Origin: Vitrella brassicaformis CCMP3155
Lineage: Eukaryota > Protista > Chromerida
Reading direction: 5' to 3'
DNA: 64,000 nucleotides
Assembly: GCA_001179505.1 (NCBI GenBank)
Contig: CDMY01000344.1
Span: 1-64,000 of the forward strand
The notes under the pieces were generated by a model that searched no databases, was not told the DNA's origin, and worked only from the letters and a program-made list of their open reading frames with translations. Below, piece by piece: positions 24,887 through 36,785 of the stretch. The position numbers and the translations under genes were made by a program. Positions within the stretch are counted from its first letter, which is position 1. Each line of letters starts with the position of its first letter.

Positions 24887-27833
24887 GTGTTTGGCGAGAG
24901 AGGGCCTCAGTGAGGAACCGTATCGACCGGTGGAAGATAGCTTTGCGTCCCTTTATCGCGGGGAGGCCTGCAGCAGCAGTTGACGAGTGGCGGAGCGCAC
25001 GACTTGGAGGCATTTCGGTCACCAGCAGGACAGGTGAGGGCGGCAGGGCGCGACAGGGAAGGCAGCAGCCCGCATTCCCTCCACAACGAACGTTTCCCTT
25101 ACGCATGCAGTGCTGGAGCATTCTTGGCGTGTGGTGAGAGCACCGCTCTCGGGGTACTCGGCAGTCTAGAAGAGGGTCATTCATAGCTCGTGATTCAGAG
25201 GCCACGGTGAGGTCCCCATGAAGGCGAGCTGCACGAGTGCGTTCACCGATGGCGACTTTGCAATCCTCTGTGTGTGTGCAGGAGGCCGTGAGTTTGTCGT
25301 GAGTGTCGCGTAGCGATGGCGCGTCGGAGCAGCCGTCTGGCGGCTAAAGCTGGCGGCGCAGTGAAGCAGGATGAGAGTCCCAAGGAGGTCAAGGCGCCTG
25401 CTCGACGGGGCAGGGGAGCCGCCAAGGTGAGGGAGTGGGCTGCACTGCACCGACGAGAGCCACAGTTATCCTGCCCTCTGTGCCTCTAATGCGCCGGATG
25501 TGTGGCTGCAGAAGAAAGCTGCCCAGCCCAAGCCCAAGCCGCCCCGTCAGATCGCCAAAGTGAGCATAACACATGGATGGATGGATGGATGGATGCAGAG
25601 AGCATCGGTGGACGGCGTGTGTGTGTGTGTGTGTGAATCAGGTTGCCGGCAAGGGTCAGATGGTCGTTGACGACGGACCCGACGAGCCCATGACGCCCGT
25701 CGTAGACAAAAAGGTGGGCGATCGCCTCCACCCTCTCATCCACGTGCGACCACCACTCACTCACTCATGAATGTCTGTGTGTGTGGATGTGTGGATGTGC
25801 GTGCAGGTTGGCAAGAAGGCACCGCAGAAGAAGAAGGCTCCGCCCGCACCCAAGAGGAAGAACCCACCGAGGGTACGCTACGCTCACCACTTTGACATAC
25901 ATGGGCACCTGAAGCCTTACCACCGACACGCGTGACTGTGTTGTGTTTGTGTCAGGGTGGCAACCGAGGCGGCGGCAACCATCGCAGGGACCGCACCCCC
26001 TCACCGCCGCGGGCACCTCCCATGGCGATGGACGAGGATGAGAACGCCCATATGGTCCGCACGCCGCCGCCGGGCATGTTCCACGCGCCGCAGCCGGGCA
26101 ACGCTCCTCCTCAGGTGAGGGAGGGAGGAGCAGCGACCACACGACCACCAAACACATACCTTCACACATTGGTGTGTGTGTGTGTGTGATGTGTGTGTGT
26201 GTGTGTGGGTGCAGGGTGCCCCTCAACATCCCGCGTCTCGTGGGTTGCGGGTTGACTCGAACTACAAGAACGTTACCAACATCCGGCCTGATGAGGTGGG
26301 CGAGGCGACTGACTGACCGGCAGCGCAGCCAGACGGGGCACACACATGTCCTGGGTATGCCTCATCCCCCTGTCCCTGTGTGTGCAGTTGAAGCGGGCGA
26401 TGGACAGCCCGGAGTTGTCGCCCTACCTGCACGTTTGGGACGCACGGTTCAAGGGAGAGTTCGACGGTACGCCCGCAGACATTGCACTCAACCAGGCCCA
26501 CCACCGACACACACGCCGGACACACACCCACTCTGTGTCATTGCAATGGTGTCTGCAGGCGGGCACATTGCCGGGGCCCGCCACGTCAAGTCGGTCAAGG
26601 GCGTCATCGATGCGTTGTGGGATAAGAACGGGGCCGCCAAACTGCCCGAGCCGCACCGTCAGGTGGGTCGTGACAGGACACACACACAGAGCCACGGCCA
26701 TCCATGTGTGTGTGTCTGTGTGCGTCAGAAATTGGTTTTCCATTGCGAGTACTCCCAGGAGCGCGCCGTGGTGCTCCTGCAGATGCTGCAGAACTTCAAC
26801 GGCTGGAATGCGCCCAACAACCAGGTGGGCGGCTGTGTGGGTGGGGCCCTCGGACAGCTAAACCCACAAACGTGTGTGTGTGTGTGTGTGTGTGGTGCAG
26901 AAATACGAGCACATGTACTTGTTGAGAGGGGGATACAATGGCTTCTATTCCAGATACCCCGTAAGCCACACACTCACACACCAACCGGGACACACACATA
27001 CACAGCCCACTATGTGTGTGTGTGTGTAGGACGTGTGCGGGCCGTATGTCAAGGAGGAAGCGTTGCCGACTGTAAGCAGCCGACACACCCCACCCCGCCA
27101 CACACGTGTGCACCATAGATGTGTGTTTGTGTCTATGTCTGTCTGCAGATGGGGGCCGATCGGGATAAGCGTGGCGAACAAATCAAGAACATGAGAGACA
27201 AACTCAACGTACGCAACGCCCGTGATCAGTGGACAAATGTGTTTATAGCTATCCATCTGTGTGTGTGTGACGTGTTCAGAAGAAAGCTGACTTCGTGGCT
27301 CTGGTTGGCGAGCTCGAGGAGCCCCCGGAGCGCTGCCTCAAGCCGCGCACCCAGTACCACTACTGAGCCACCCCGCACATTACACTACCTCTGACAGCCT
27401 AGTTAGCCCATTGCTGCTCTGTTCTTCAGCCGCTCCATGAGTTAGCTTTAGGAAAGGGGCAGTGATGGGATAACTGACGAGGGCTGGCAGGGGGGTGTAT
27501 GTGCACATGGGGGGTCAAGTGGCTGGCTGTGTGGGAGTGTTTGTCGTGACAGACAGACTGTCTGTCTGTCTGTCTGATGGCCGGTTGGTATGCATACAGA
27601 CAGACAGTGAGTGACATCAATGAGTGAATGGGATCACGCACCCACTCACAGCCATGGTCGGGTGAGGTGAGCTGAGGGGCTGCGTGATGGATTGCTGTGC
27701 ACGGCCGAGCGAATGGATTGCTGTGCTAAATGGACGGACGGGTGGATGGATACAATGCATACATACATACGTGTGACGTGTGTGTGATGTGAATGAATGG
27801 ACACCAAAGTCACGGGCACGCAGTGCGCTGGAG
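24887..27833. repeat. Segmental duplication, copy 2
   Basis: Direct-orientation copy of 17403-20679 with scattered substitutions and microsatellite length differences. Confidence 0.92.
25316..27366 (+). CDS. Cdc25-like phosphatase, copy 2
   Basis: Exon structure is the same as copy 1 and HCEYSQERA is intact. The last exon is KKADFVALVGELEEPPERCLKPRTQYHY*. Confidence 0.85.
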
Positions 27834-28575
27834 CGAGCACCACAGCCAGCCTATCGACTACCGAGTCTGTCTGTCTGTCTGTCTGTCTGTCTTGCCCTCA
27901 CCTCGCCCACCACCCTCAGTCGACCGACCACAGCCCCTCCGATAGATAGGCAGACAGGCAGGCCACCTTGAGCCAGGCCCCTTCTCTACCTCTCTACTAC
28001 ACAGATGCTTCAGGGTGCGTATTGTCTGTCTGTCTGTGTGTCTGCGCGCGTGTTGTGTGTCCGCATCTGATGGCTGGTGGAAGACAAGACAGGCAGCTCA
28101 CTCCACCCTCTAACTCTCTCTCGTCTTCGATCACATACGACATACATATGTATCTGCGCGGCCGGACGCCCCACCAAACAGACAGGAAGCGAAGCGATCA
28201 TTCGTGATGGACGGTGACGATGGATGTGCATGTGCGTCATGATGGACGTGTGCGTGGACCAACGAGTGCATCAATGAATGAATGGATGGATGGCCTGCAT
28301 GCACGCAGAGTGCCTTACATGAGTCATCTCGCCATGTAAGTCTTCTGCTCACCTCCCGGCTGTGTGTGCGTCTCTGCGGAAGGTGGTAAGGTCCTCCTCT
28401 CCCCTGCCCCTTCCCTTCCATCCCGCGAGCTTTTCTGGACCTGCGAGCTGGAAAAGCAGATCTGTCGAAGGGAGGGCGAGGCGAATGGGCTTACAGCTCT
28501 CGAGCAGCCATGAGATACACCGACACGAATGGACTTCGCAGCTTCGTCCACGCTGTTGCCGTCCCAGATCAACAA

Positions 28576-31500
28576 ATGGCGACAGCCGAGAAGACCAGCA
28601 TGAATGAATCAGATGAGCATCGAGATGAACCACCCCCGGACGAGCAGCAAGACCAGCCGATGGTCCCTGCCGTTGTCAGGCCCTTCACCCGCACCTCTGG
28701 GGGATGCATCACGGCCATCCGACCGGCATTCTCTCTGGACGGCTCCCTCCTCGCATGCGCGTGTGTCACTGATGCCGTCATCTACTCGACCAAGACCGGC
28801 AAGAGAGTGGCCAAGCTGACCGACAGACACAAGATGCCCATCACTGCCGTCTGCCCTTCTGCCGACAACGGCTGGATCACCGCTGAGCTTGATGGGACGC
28901 TGTGTCTGTGGAGCAGCGACCATGCCCTGCTGACGACGCATGACCTCGAGGCGCCCATTCTCGACCTGCAGTTCGCAGCGAAGGAGAGGAAGTACTATGC
29001 TCTCATCGTCGGCAAGGCGGCCGTTGAAAGCGACGATAACCACCAGCACATGAGTGCGGCAGACGACCGTGACGGTGATGTTGGTGACGACGGTACCCCT
29101 TCCTCATTTGTCTATCAGCTCACCATCAGCCATCGGTCCACCAGCGGCCACATCGTGCTGTCAGCCCCAGGCTCCCACGGCCCGTTGAGGCGCCTGGCCA
29201 TCCGTGGGGACGGTTCCTACGTGGCCGCAGCGACACGAAGACGCGTGCTGGTTCTTTCGGCTGACGGCCACCTGACCAAGCACAAGAGCGGCCAGCCGAT
29301 CGTGTCGATAATGATCCGGCCCGACACGGATGTGGTGATCACAGGCGACAGGCAGGGCGTGATGCACATGCTGACGGTCGACAAGAAGGCGGGCGGGTCG
29401 TCGGTCCGCATGCAGCACTGGCACGCCCATGCCGTGTCGTCGCTGGCGCACGTGAGCGGAACGGAGAGCATCCTGTCGACGGGCGAGGAGGCGGTGCTGT
29501 GCATGTGGAACCTGACCACACACGAGAGGAAGTCTTTGCCACGGATGGGCGCCGCCATCCTGCAGATGGCCGTGGCCGATGACGGGTCGCAGGTGGCCTT
29601 GTGTCTGGCCAACAACTGTGTGCGGGTGGTGGACATCCCTCAGTGGAAGATCGCCAAAAGCATCTATGGCGTCGATCTGGGTGTGGGTGGGGGTGGGCGG
29701 ACACCCGACTTGGTTGCGACCAGAGGGACGAGGCGGGTCTGCGATGCCCTGCCACGCACACAAGCGGCAGGTGCGTCGCTCTGTGGTCATACGTTTATGC
29801 GGTCGCACTTATGGATGGATGTATGGATGGTGGTCTGTTTGTGCAGACACCGAGACGACCGTCATGCTGTGGGCAGATCCCTCACGTGTCCAGTTTTATT
29901 CCCTCACGGCCGACGAGCACAGGGGGCACGTCGAGATGGCCAGAGGTGCGTGGGATAGACACAGACACATTTCCTCCACACACACGTGTGAGTCCTCCTG
30001 TCATGTAATGGTAATGTCATGTGTGTGTGCAGGTCGGATGTATGTGAGTCGGGTCGACGAGCAGGAGGGCATCAAGTGGACGGTCGAGCAGGCGTGCCTT
30101 TCGCCTGACCGTCAACACATGCTCACCGTCGAGACCAGACGGGAAGAACGGTCACACACACGCACTCATAAACTAACACGTCTATCTACACAAGTGCCGA
30201 TTGATTTGATGCGATCTCTCTGTCTCTTGTTTGCGTGTGGTCGTATTGAATGCTCTGCAGCCCCCACCCCCGGTGTGTGTCAGTGGTCAAGTTTTGGTCC
30301 CAGCAGTCGGACTACGGCTACCGGCTCGTCAATCGTGTGGACCTGGCCCACCAGGAACACATCACAATGGCACTCGCGAGACCGATGGTGCGCTCACACG
30401 GGACACACACACACACACGTCGGTCAGGGCACATCACATCTACATGGGATGGGTGTGGGGGTGCTGTTGGATCTTGTCTTTCAGAGTCCCGATTGCTTCC
30501 TCACGACATCAGCGGATGGCACATTCAAGGCACGTGGGCATGGAGTAGCCAACGTGCACCCCGGATGTCACACGTGTGTGTGTGTGTGTGTGTGGCCATG
30601 GTGTGTGTGGCCATGGTGTGTGTGGTCAGGTGTGGCATCCCTTCCCCTCGGCCAACAGCAGCACTCCGTTCTTCGCCCCGTCATCTGTCAACACCTTCAG
30701 GAACATACCTATCACATGTGCGCACGCGATCAACGCACACGGCGGGGGTCTGCACCTGCACTATGCTCCACTCACACTTATTCTGTGCACCTGATCAGGT
30801 GCTGCTTTCTCCTCCGATGGCTCCCTCCTGGCCCTCGGGCACAGCCGCGGCTGTGTGAGCCTCTGGGCGGCGCAGACAGACGGTGAGCAAGCAGCCTTCG
30901 CCTTGCGGCCTTCACAATATTTGCCCGTGTGTGTGTGCATGTGTGTTGTGTTGGTGCAGGTGACCAGTGGGACGTCAGTGAGACCATGACGTGCGGGGCA
31001 AGCCAAGAGGTCCGTTGGTTGGTTCCTGTGTGGTGTGGGAAGATGCTCATTTCTGCATGTATGTGTCCGTTCTGTGATATCTATCTGTCAGGCGATCCAT
31101 TCCGTGGCCTTCGTCGAGGGGCCGTCGCTGCTATGCCTGGCGGTGGCCTACAACCACAACCGCAATCGTACGGCGGTAGGCACCGTGGTGCTGTGGGACC
31201 TGCTCACAATGACGGTAGCCACCACCATCCAGCTCCCCGCGGCCGTCACCCATCTGCTGCCCTCTCCCTCTTCCCACTCGTCCCTCCTCCTCATCGGCAT
31301 GGCGCCCTCTCTGTTCGAAGCCCACACAGTCTGCTGCAAGGAGAGCCAGCACACGCAGCAGCCACATGCGCTTCTGCAGGCCCTCCTGCGGCCACAGTTC
31401 TCATCGGCGTGTTCCATGGACACACAGGTGGTGTGGCGAGGCAGCCTGCCCGGCGCGCGTGCGTGTCTTGACGCGTGTGTTGACGGGAGCGTGCTGCACG

Positions 31501-32488
31501 TGCTGATGGACACATACGAGTGGGTGTCCTGCGACGTGCTTGGAGGGCCGGCAGGGGTCACGGCTGCCATCGAGGCGGGTGAGGAGCCGACAGATGAGGG
31601 GAAGGGGCAACTTGAAGGTCTGAGTGTGTTCGGCCGGCTGTTTCGACGGCGGGAGAAGAATAAAGCCGAAGACAGCGAGGTGAGAATGCGACAACTGTGC
31701 ATATGGGTGCCGCGTGCTTCACCGTGTGCTGCATCTCTCTCTCCTGTCTGTGTGTCTGCGAAGGCGCCGGTGCCGTCAATGTCTCTTGTGTCGTCGTTCC
31801 ATCAGCAGCGCCTCGCCGCGCGAAGCCAACACCTGGAGAGGGTGGGCGCTACACACACACACACACACACACACATACACACATTTGGGCAGACCTATCT
31901 ATCAATTCCATGTGTGGTTCCATTCTATGCAGGGTCCCCCTGTGTGGCTATGTGTGGGCGACACGGCGAGTCACCTGCTGCCCCCCCCGTCTGCCCTACT
32001 CAGAGACATGCAAAGGAGACACCACCACACGTAGGAAGACACACCCCACACAACACGCCTGACCTCCCGTGCCCTCTGGCTGTCTGTCTATGTCATGCAG
32101 CGGCCATCCCCGATCCTCCCCGCAGCCCCCACCCCTCCCAGCACCATCAGCAGCACCATCCAACATGCCGGCAGCTCGTGCCGCTGCCGCCGCTACTGGT
32201 GCTCGCCGGCCATCATCGTTTGCGCCGAGAGGGTGTGAGGGTCCCCAGCGTGATGTGCTGGAGGCGATTGTGAAGGCCGCCAAGACTGACAGGAGGGCTG
32301 CCAAGAGGGCCAGACAGGAGGAGGATGCGGCTGTCCAAGAGAATAGTGAGGGCGAGGAGGCAGGAGAGGAAGAGGACGACAACGACAAGGACAAGGACGA
32401 TGGAGATGAAGATGGGAATGGGGATGAAGATGGAGGGGGGGAGGGGAAGGGGGGCGATCAGGTGATGGTCAGTGCAGCCAGTGCGTGA
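28576..32488 (+). CDS. WDR75: WD40-repeat SSU processome t-UTP component, WDR75/UTP17 (Nan1) homolog
   Basis: The sequence shows N-terminal GGCITAIRPAFSLDG, then HWHAHAVSSL...ILSTGEEAVLCMWNLTTHERKSLPRMGAAILQMAVADDGSQVAL, later FLTTSADGTFK-VW, and an acidic C-terminal tail. This pattern is characteristic of WDR75/Utp17. Confidence 0.8.
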
Positions 32489-33096
32489 ATAAACACACCT
32501 CGGTCGGTTGGTTGGTCGGTTGGGTTCTATTTCTGTGTGCATCATGCCATGCGTGCACACGTGCGTGGGTGCGCGTGTGGTGCGGTGTGGTGAGGGGGTG
32601 GGCGGCTTTTGTCGACCTGCGGGCGGTTTTCTTGGGTTAGTGTGCAGACAGACAGACAGCACAGGCAGACCAAGACTATCCACTCGTGTGCATGTGAGAG
32701 TGAGTGCCTTTTGGGGTGGGTGTTTAAAGGGAGGGACTGAGTTGCGTGCGTGGGTGCGTCAACATGTCGATCTGCGAGAGAACACATGTCTGTCTCGCGT
32801 AGGAGACATCCATCCATCCATCCTTACACAGCGGTTGGTTCATCGAATGACCGTTATTCAGTCCACGTTGTTCAGTCAGTCCTCTCACCCACCCACCCAC
32901 CCACTCACCCCGTACGTACGTACGTACGTCTTTGAATGCCTAAGCTGTCTGTCCGCCTCTGTTGCCCATTCACACAGGGCAACTTAGCATATCTATCATG
33001 TGTACGTCAAAAATTACAACGCCACAGCACCCACCTAATATATATCGCCCACAGCCTAGCTATCCTATCTATGCCTCAGTGTCCAAAAGCTTAAGC

Positions 33097-34573
33097 TTAC
33101 TCACTACACGCCGCGCCAGTGCAAGCTCCCAATCCAAAGCACATAAGGACCACCGAGAAGGACGAGTGTGGCACACCGACCGCACCACACATCACCACAG
33201 AGAGCAGCCGCAGCTCTTCTTTGTCGACTTGCCTGGGTGGGGGGATGAAGAGAGCAGACAGACAGACAGACAGACAGGGAAGCATTGATTGCACAATGAT
33301 TGCGTGTGCATGTGTGGCCCCGTACGTACGTCTGGGAATGGCCGGCTGTGTGACGCTCGCGTACGTCGGGATGGTGCCCGTCTGGCCGGGTGGAGCCTGT
33401 GGAAAATACAAACAAAACACGTAGCCAGCCAACACTCTCTCTGCGTGTGTGGGTCTTTCTTTTTGCACAGACCGACCAGACGATAGTGGTGGAACGGCGG
33501 CCTGTGGACCACAGGAAACACAGGACGGCCGCCGACCACATATGGGGGAGGGAAACCCACAACGTGCTGGAGCTGATGGCATCATGCAGACCAGACAGAC
33601 AACAGCACGGCAATGGATAATAGGTCCCCGTGCAGTGCATGCAGCAGCCTACGGGAATCACGACTGAGTGAGGTCCTGCGTGGCGAATCGGGTGGGCATA
33701 GTACTGGTGTGAGATCACTGCAGGGGCAACACGTGTTGTAGGCGCCGGCTGCTGCCCGCCGAGGGGCCCTGCCAACACGGAGAGACACCAGCAAGACAGA
33801 GGACGGAAGGTAATATCAATTAATCTCTATGCCGCTGGGTGTGCAGCGCCCCGCCCTGCTGACCAGTCACATGCTGCTCCAAGTGCTCGTCAGTGCTTCC
33901 TATCTGGTTGTCGTCGTCGGGGCTGGCCTGTCCACCGCCTCCCTCTCTGTCTGTCTCGCCCTCTTTGCTCTCGCCTGCCGCACAGAAGAGACGAGGAGAG
34001 TGCATACCTGTCTGTGCCTGCGGGGAAGGAGGGCGCCGTCCCTCACCCTGCTGGTCTTCCACACGCTGCTCGTCAGTGTTCTGCTGCTCGGCTTCCTGTG
34101 CACGATCTCCCCCCTGGGTATTCGTCTCAGGCTCGGCCTCGTTGTTGTTGTCTGCCTCTCTATCTGCGAGAAGTGCCATGCACACCGGCCTGTGGGGCAG
34201 GTGTTTTTTGGTTCTTGCAAGGGCGTTGGTCACCTTCCTGTTCGGCCCCCTCGCCCTCTCGCCCTGCTTCATCCGTGAGACCCCCGAGTTCTGCTGACAC
34301 ACAACATCCATGGCGCACGAGGTGTGTTTGTGTGCCCTCCCCTCCCCGGCTGCATGTCATGTGCTCACCGGTCTGTTGCCCAACTGGATTCTCCTGCTCC
34401 TGCTCCTGTCCCTGCGTCGCCCCACCCCCAGTTTCGTGTTCCGCATCAGGCGGCGAGGCGAAGGGTGCTGCGGGCAGCTGTGGTGAGGGGAGGGAGGAGC
34501 ACATGGATGAGGGGATGGACGACACCACCCCTACCGTCACGTTGTTGATCAGATACGACATCGTGGAAGTCAA
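33097..34573 (-). CDS. Hypothetical E/Q/G-rich low-complexity protein (multi-exon; could be a 3' extension of the RING-TLDc gene)
   Basis: Splice-bounded segments include APFASPPDAEHETGGGATQGQEQEQENP, ELGGLTDEAGREGEGAEQEGDQ and DREADNNNEAEPETNTQGGDRAQEAEQQ. Start, end and joins are uncertain. Confidence 0.4.
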
Positions 34574-34929
34574 AGAAGGCGGATAACGGCTGTTTAACGG
34601 TCAACGATCGCCACCTTTCCCACCACATCTCATCTGCACATCCCATCACGCACACCTGTAGGTATATGTGTATGTACGTACGTACTGAGACAGGCACATG
34701 CACCGACAGAGCTCGAGACGACAGATAGACAGACGGATATATACAACGTGTATAGATATGTACAGGAAGGAAAGAGCACGCAGATCTGGACGCAGATGCG
34801 AAGCCGCATTGAAAAGAAGCGCACCAAGGGAACTCCACACCCATGCACCACACCCAGACAAACAGGCGGCAGGCAGAGAGGCAGACAGGCAGAGAGGCAG
34901 AGAGACGGCCATGAGGGGTAGAGTTCGGC

Positions 34930-36438
34930 TCACTCACTGCGCGCCAGACTCAACACCTCCACGTCGTCAGCTACGAAGTCGCGAGTCCCCCCCAGCACCG
35001 CATAGCCATGCCTCATCTTCCCCGTGTAGCCCACAGGCACATCGTCGGCAGGGAGGAGCTGACTGCAGCTGCGGATGTCGGCAGCAGGGCCATCGCGCCC
35101 ACCCCAGCACAGATACAGGTGCTCCCCTATGCACACATTCGCGTAGCCATCGAGGCCATCCGCAGCCGCATCCGCCCCCGCCACCTCCACATACTCACAC
35201 CCCATGTCGATCTCGGTGGACCTGGGGAAGTGCCCGGCCAGCGACAAGTACCACACATCACAGCAGTAGGCAGCGATGTCGGTCCGGCCAGACAGGTGGA
35301 GGCCGTCACTGACGTGCACGCCGAACTTGTAGCGGCCCTTCTGGATGATGAACACCAAGGGCCGCTTTCTGCCCACCTTGTCGACCAGATCGTCATACGT
35401 GGGACCGTCCACAGAGGCCCTGCGACACATACATACACAAAGCAGATAGACTTACAGTAAGTGCTGCTGGGATGGCACATAACACGTGCGCGTGTGCGGG
35501 CATCAGTACCGGTAGAGTAGTCGCAGCTGCGTGTCGTCGCCCCCCATCATGTCCACCAGGCTGTAGTACTCGAACGCGCCCAGCGAGCTGCCCACAGGCA
35601 CACCCACCTGCACAGCCACACACACGCAGAACACACAGCACCAGAGACCGTCCAGACGGCGGACGAACAAACCGCTTCTCATGTGTGAAATGTGCTAGCG
35701 CACCAGTGGCTTGTATATCGACTGTAGCGATGCCGCGCCACGACGCAGCTCCCCGACGCGACCCTCCAGACTGCAAAAGGCAGACCAGCCATACAGCACC
35801 TCTGCTCCATTCTCCTCGTACTTACTTCTTGATTTGTTCGGCCGCCTGGTCGGCCGCCAATGTGGCCTTCGTCGCCCACTGCATCGCCACGGCGTCTTGC
35901 AGGCCGTAGTTGTCAGACACGTCAGCCTCAGGGGTCTCCTTCCTGGTTGGATCGACACACACACACACGTGTGGAGAAAGGTCAGTCCAACCACTGAGTC
36001 GGTCGATGAAGGCAAGGCATGAGTTGTCTAGGGAATGTGTGCGACCGACCTGCAGACAGGGCAGACGGCTGCACGACGCTCGTGGGGATGGTGGCGAATG
36101 AGGCTATCGACACACTGAAAGCGAAACACACACAGACACGCACGGAAGAATCTGATTGATGCCGCGCCGTGTACTGCGGTCGTGTCGCCCACACTTCGAT
36201 CGCCCACTCACCATGGCGCAGAATGAATGTCCTGAGAGCGCACAACACAACACAACACAATACAAACACCGATGCCGTCCGTCCATCAGCCATGGCCACG
36301 GCCACGTTTGCTTCTGTGTTGGGTGCGGGGCTGCGCCTCTTCTTCCTCACCACATCTCAATACTTTCGGGGCCTTGTCGCCGCGCGAATGATATTCCTCC
36401 TCACACACGATGCATTTGCACACACCTCCAGTCGCCAT
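34930..36438 (-). CDS. RING-HC (C3HC4) finger, coiled-coil and TLDc-like domain protein
   Basis: Small exons splice to CIVCEEEYHSRGDKAPKVLRC-GHSFCAM-CVDSLIRHHPHERRAAVCPVC. The C-terminal domain begins LRLLYR-ASVDG and ends GGTRDFVADDVEV, which is TLDc-like. Confidence 0.8.
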
Positions 36439-36785
36439 CACCCGATAGATGGACGATGACTGATGCGTCAGCCTGACAACACACAGCAGGGAAGGCACAT
36501 TGGATGAGTCAGTCAGCAATGCTCTCTCCAGTCTGCCTCTCTCTGAATGCCATACCGCCCATCCCTACTATTTTTCAATGAAGGTCGCCTTTCCGCTTCA
36601 GATACCGTCTGCTATCGTCTGCCGCAGCGCTTCTGCTGCTCAGAAGCACCAAAGGGTGGAAAATCATCGCATTTCGATCGTCAAATGCGAGCTTGTAAAA
36701 GGGAGATTGGGATACCGTTCGTCCCGGGTATGCTTCCCGGTTGTGGTGCTGCGCTTCTTCCTCACCACATCTCAATCCGTGCAGA

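Noticed and set aside
20050-27394. Apparent stop-codon loss (TGA to TGG) in Cdc25 copy 2, giving a longer C-terminus
   Set aside because: A phase-0 donor after KLN (gtacgc) puts this site inside an intron. Both copies then end with the same last exon, ...RTQYHY*.
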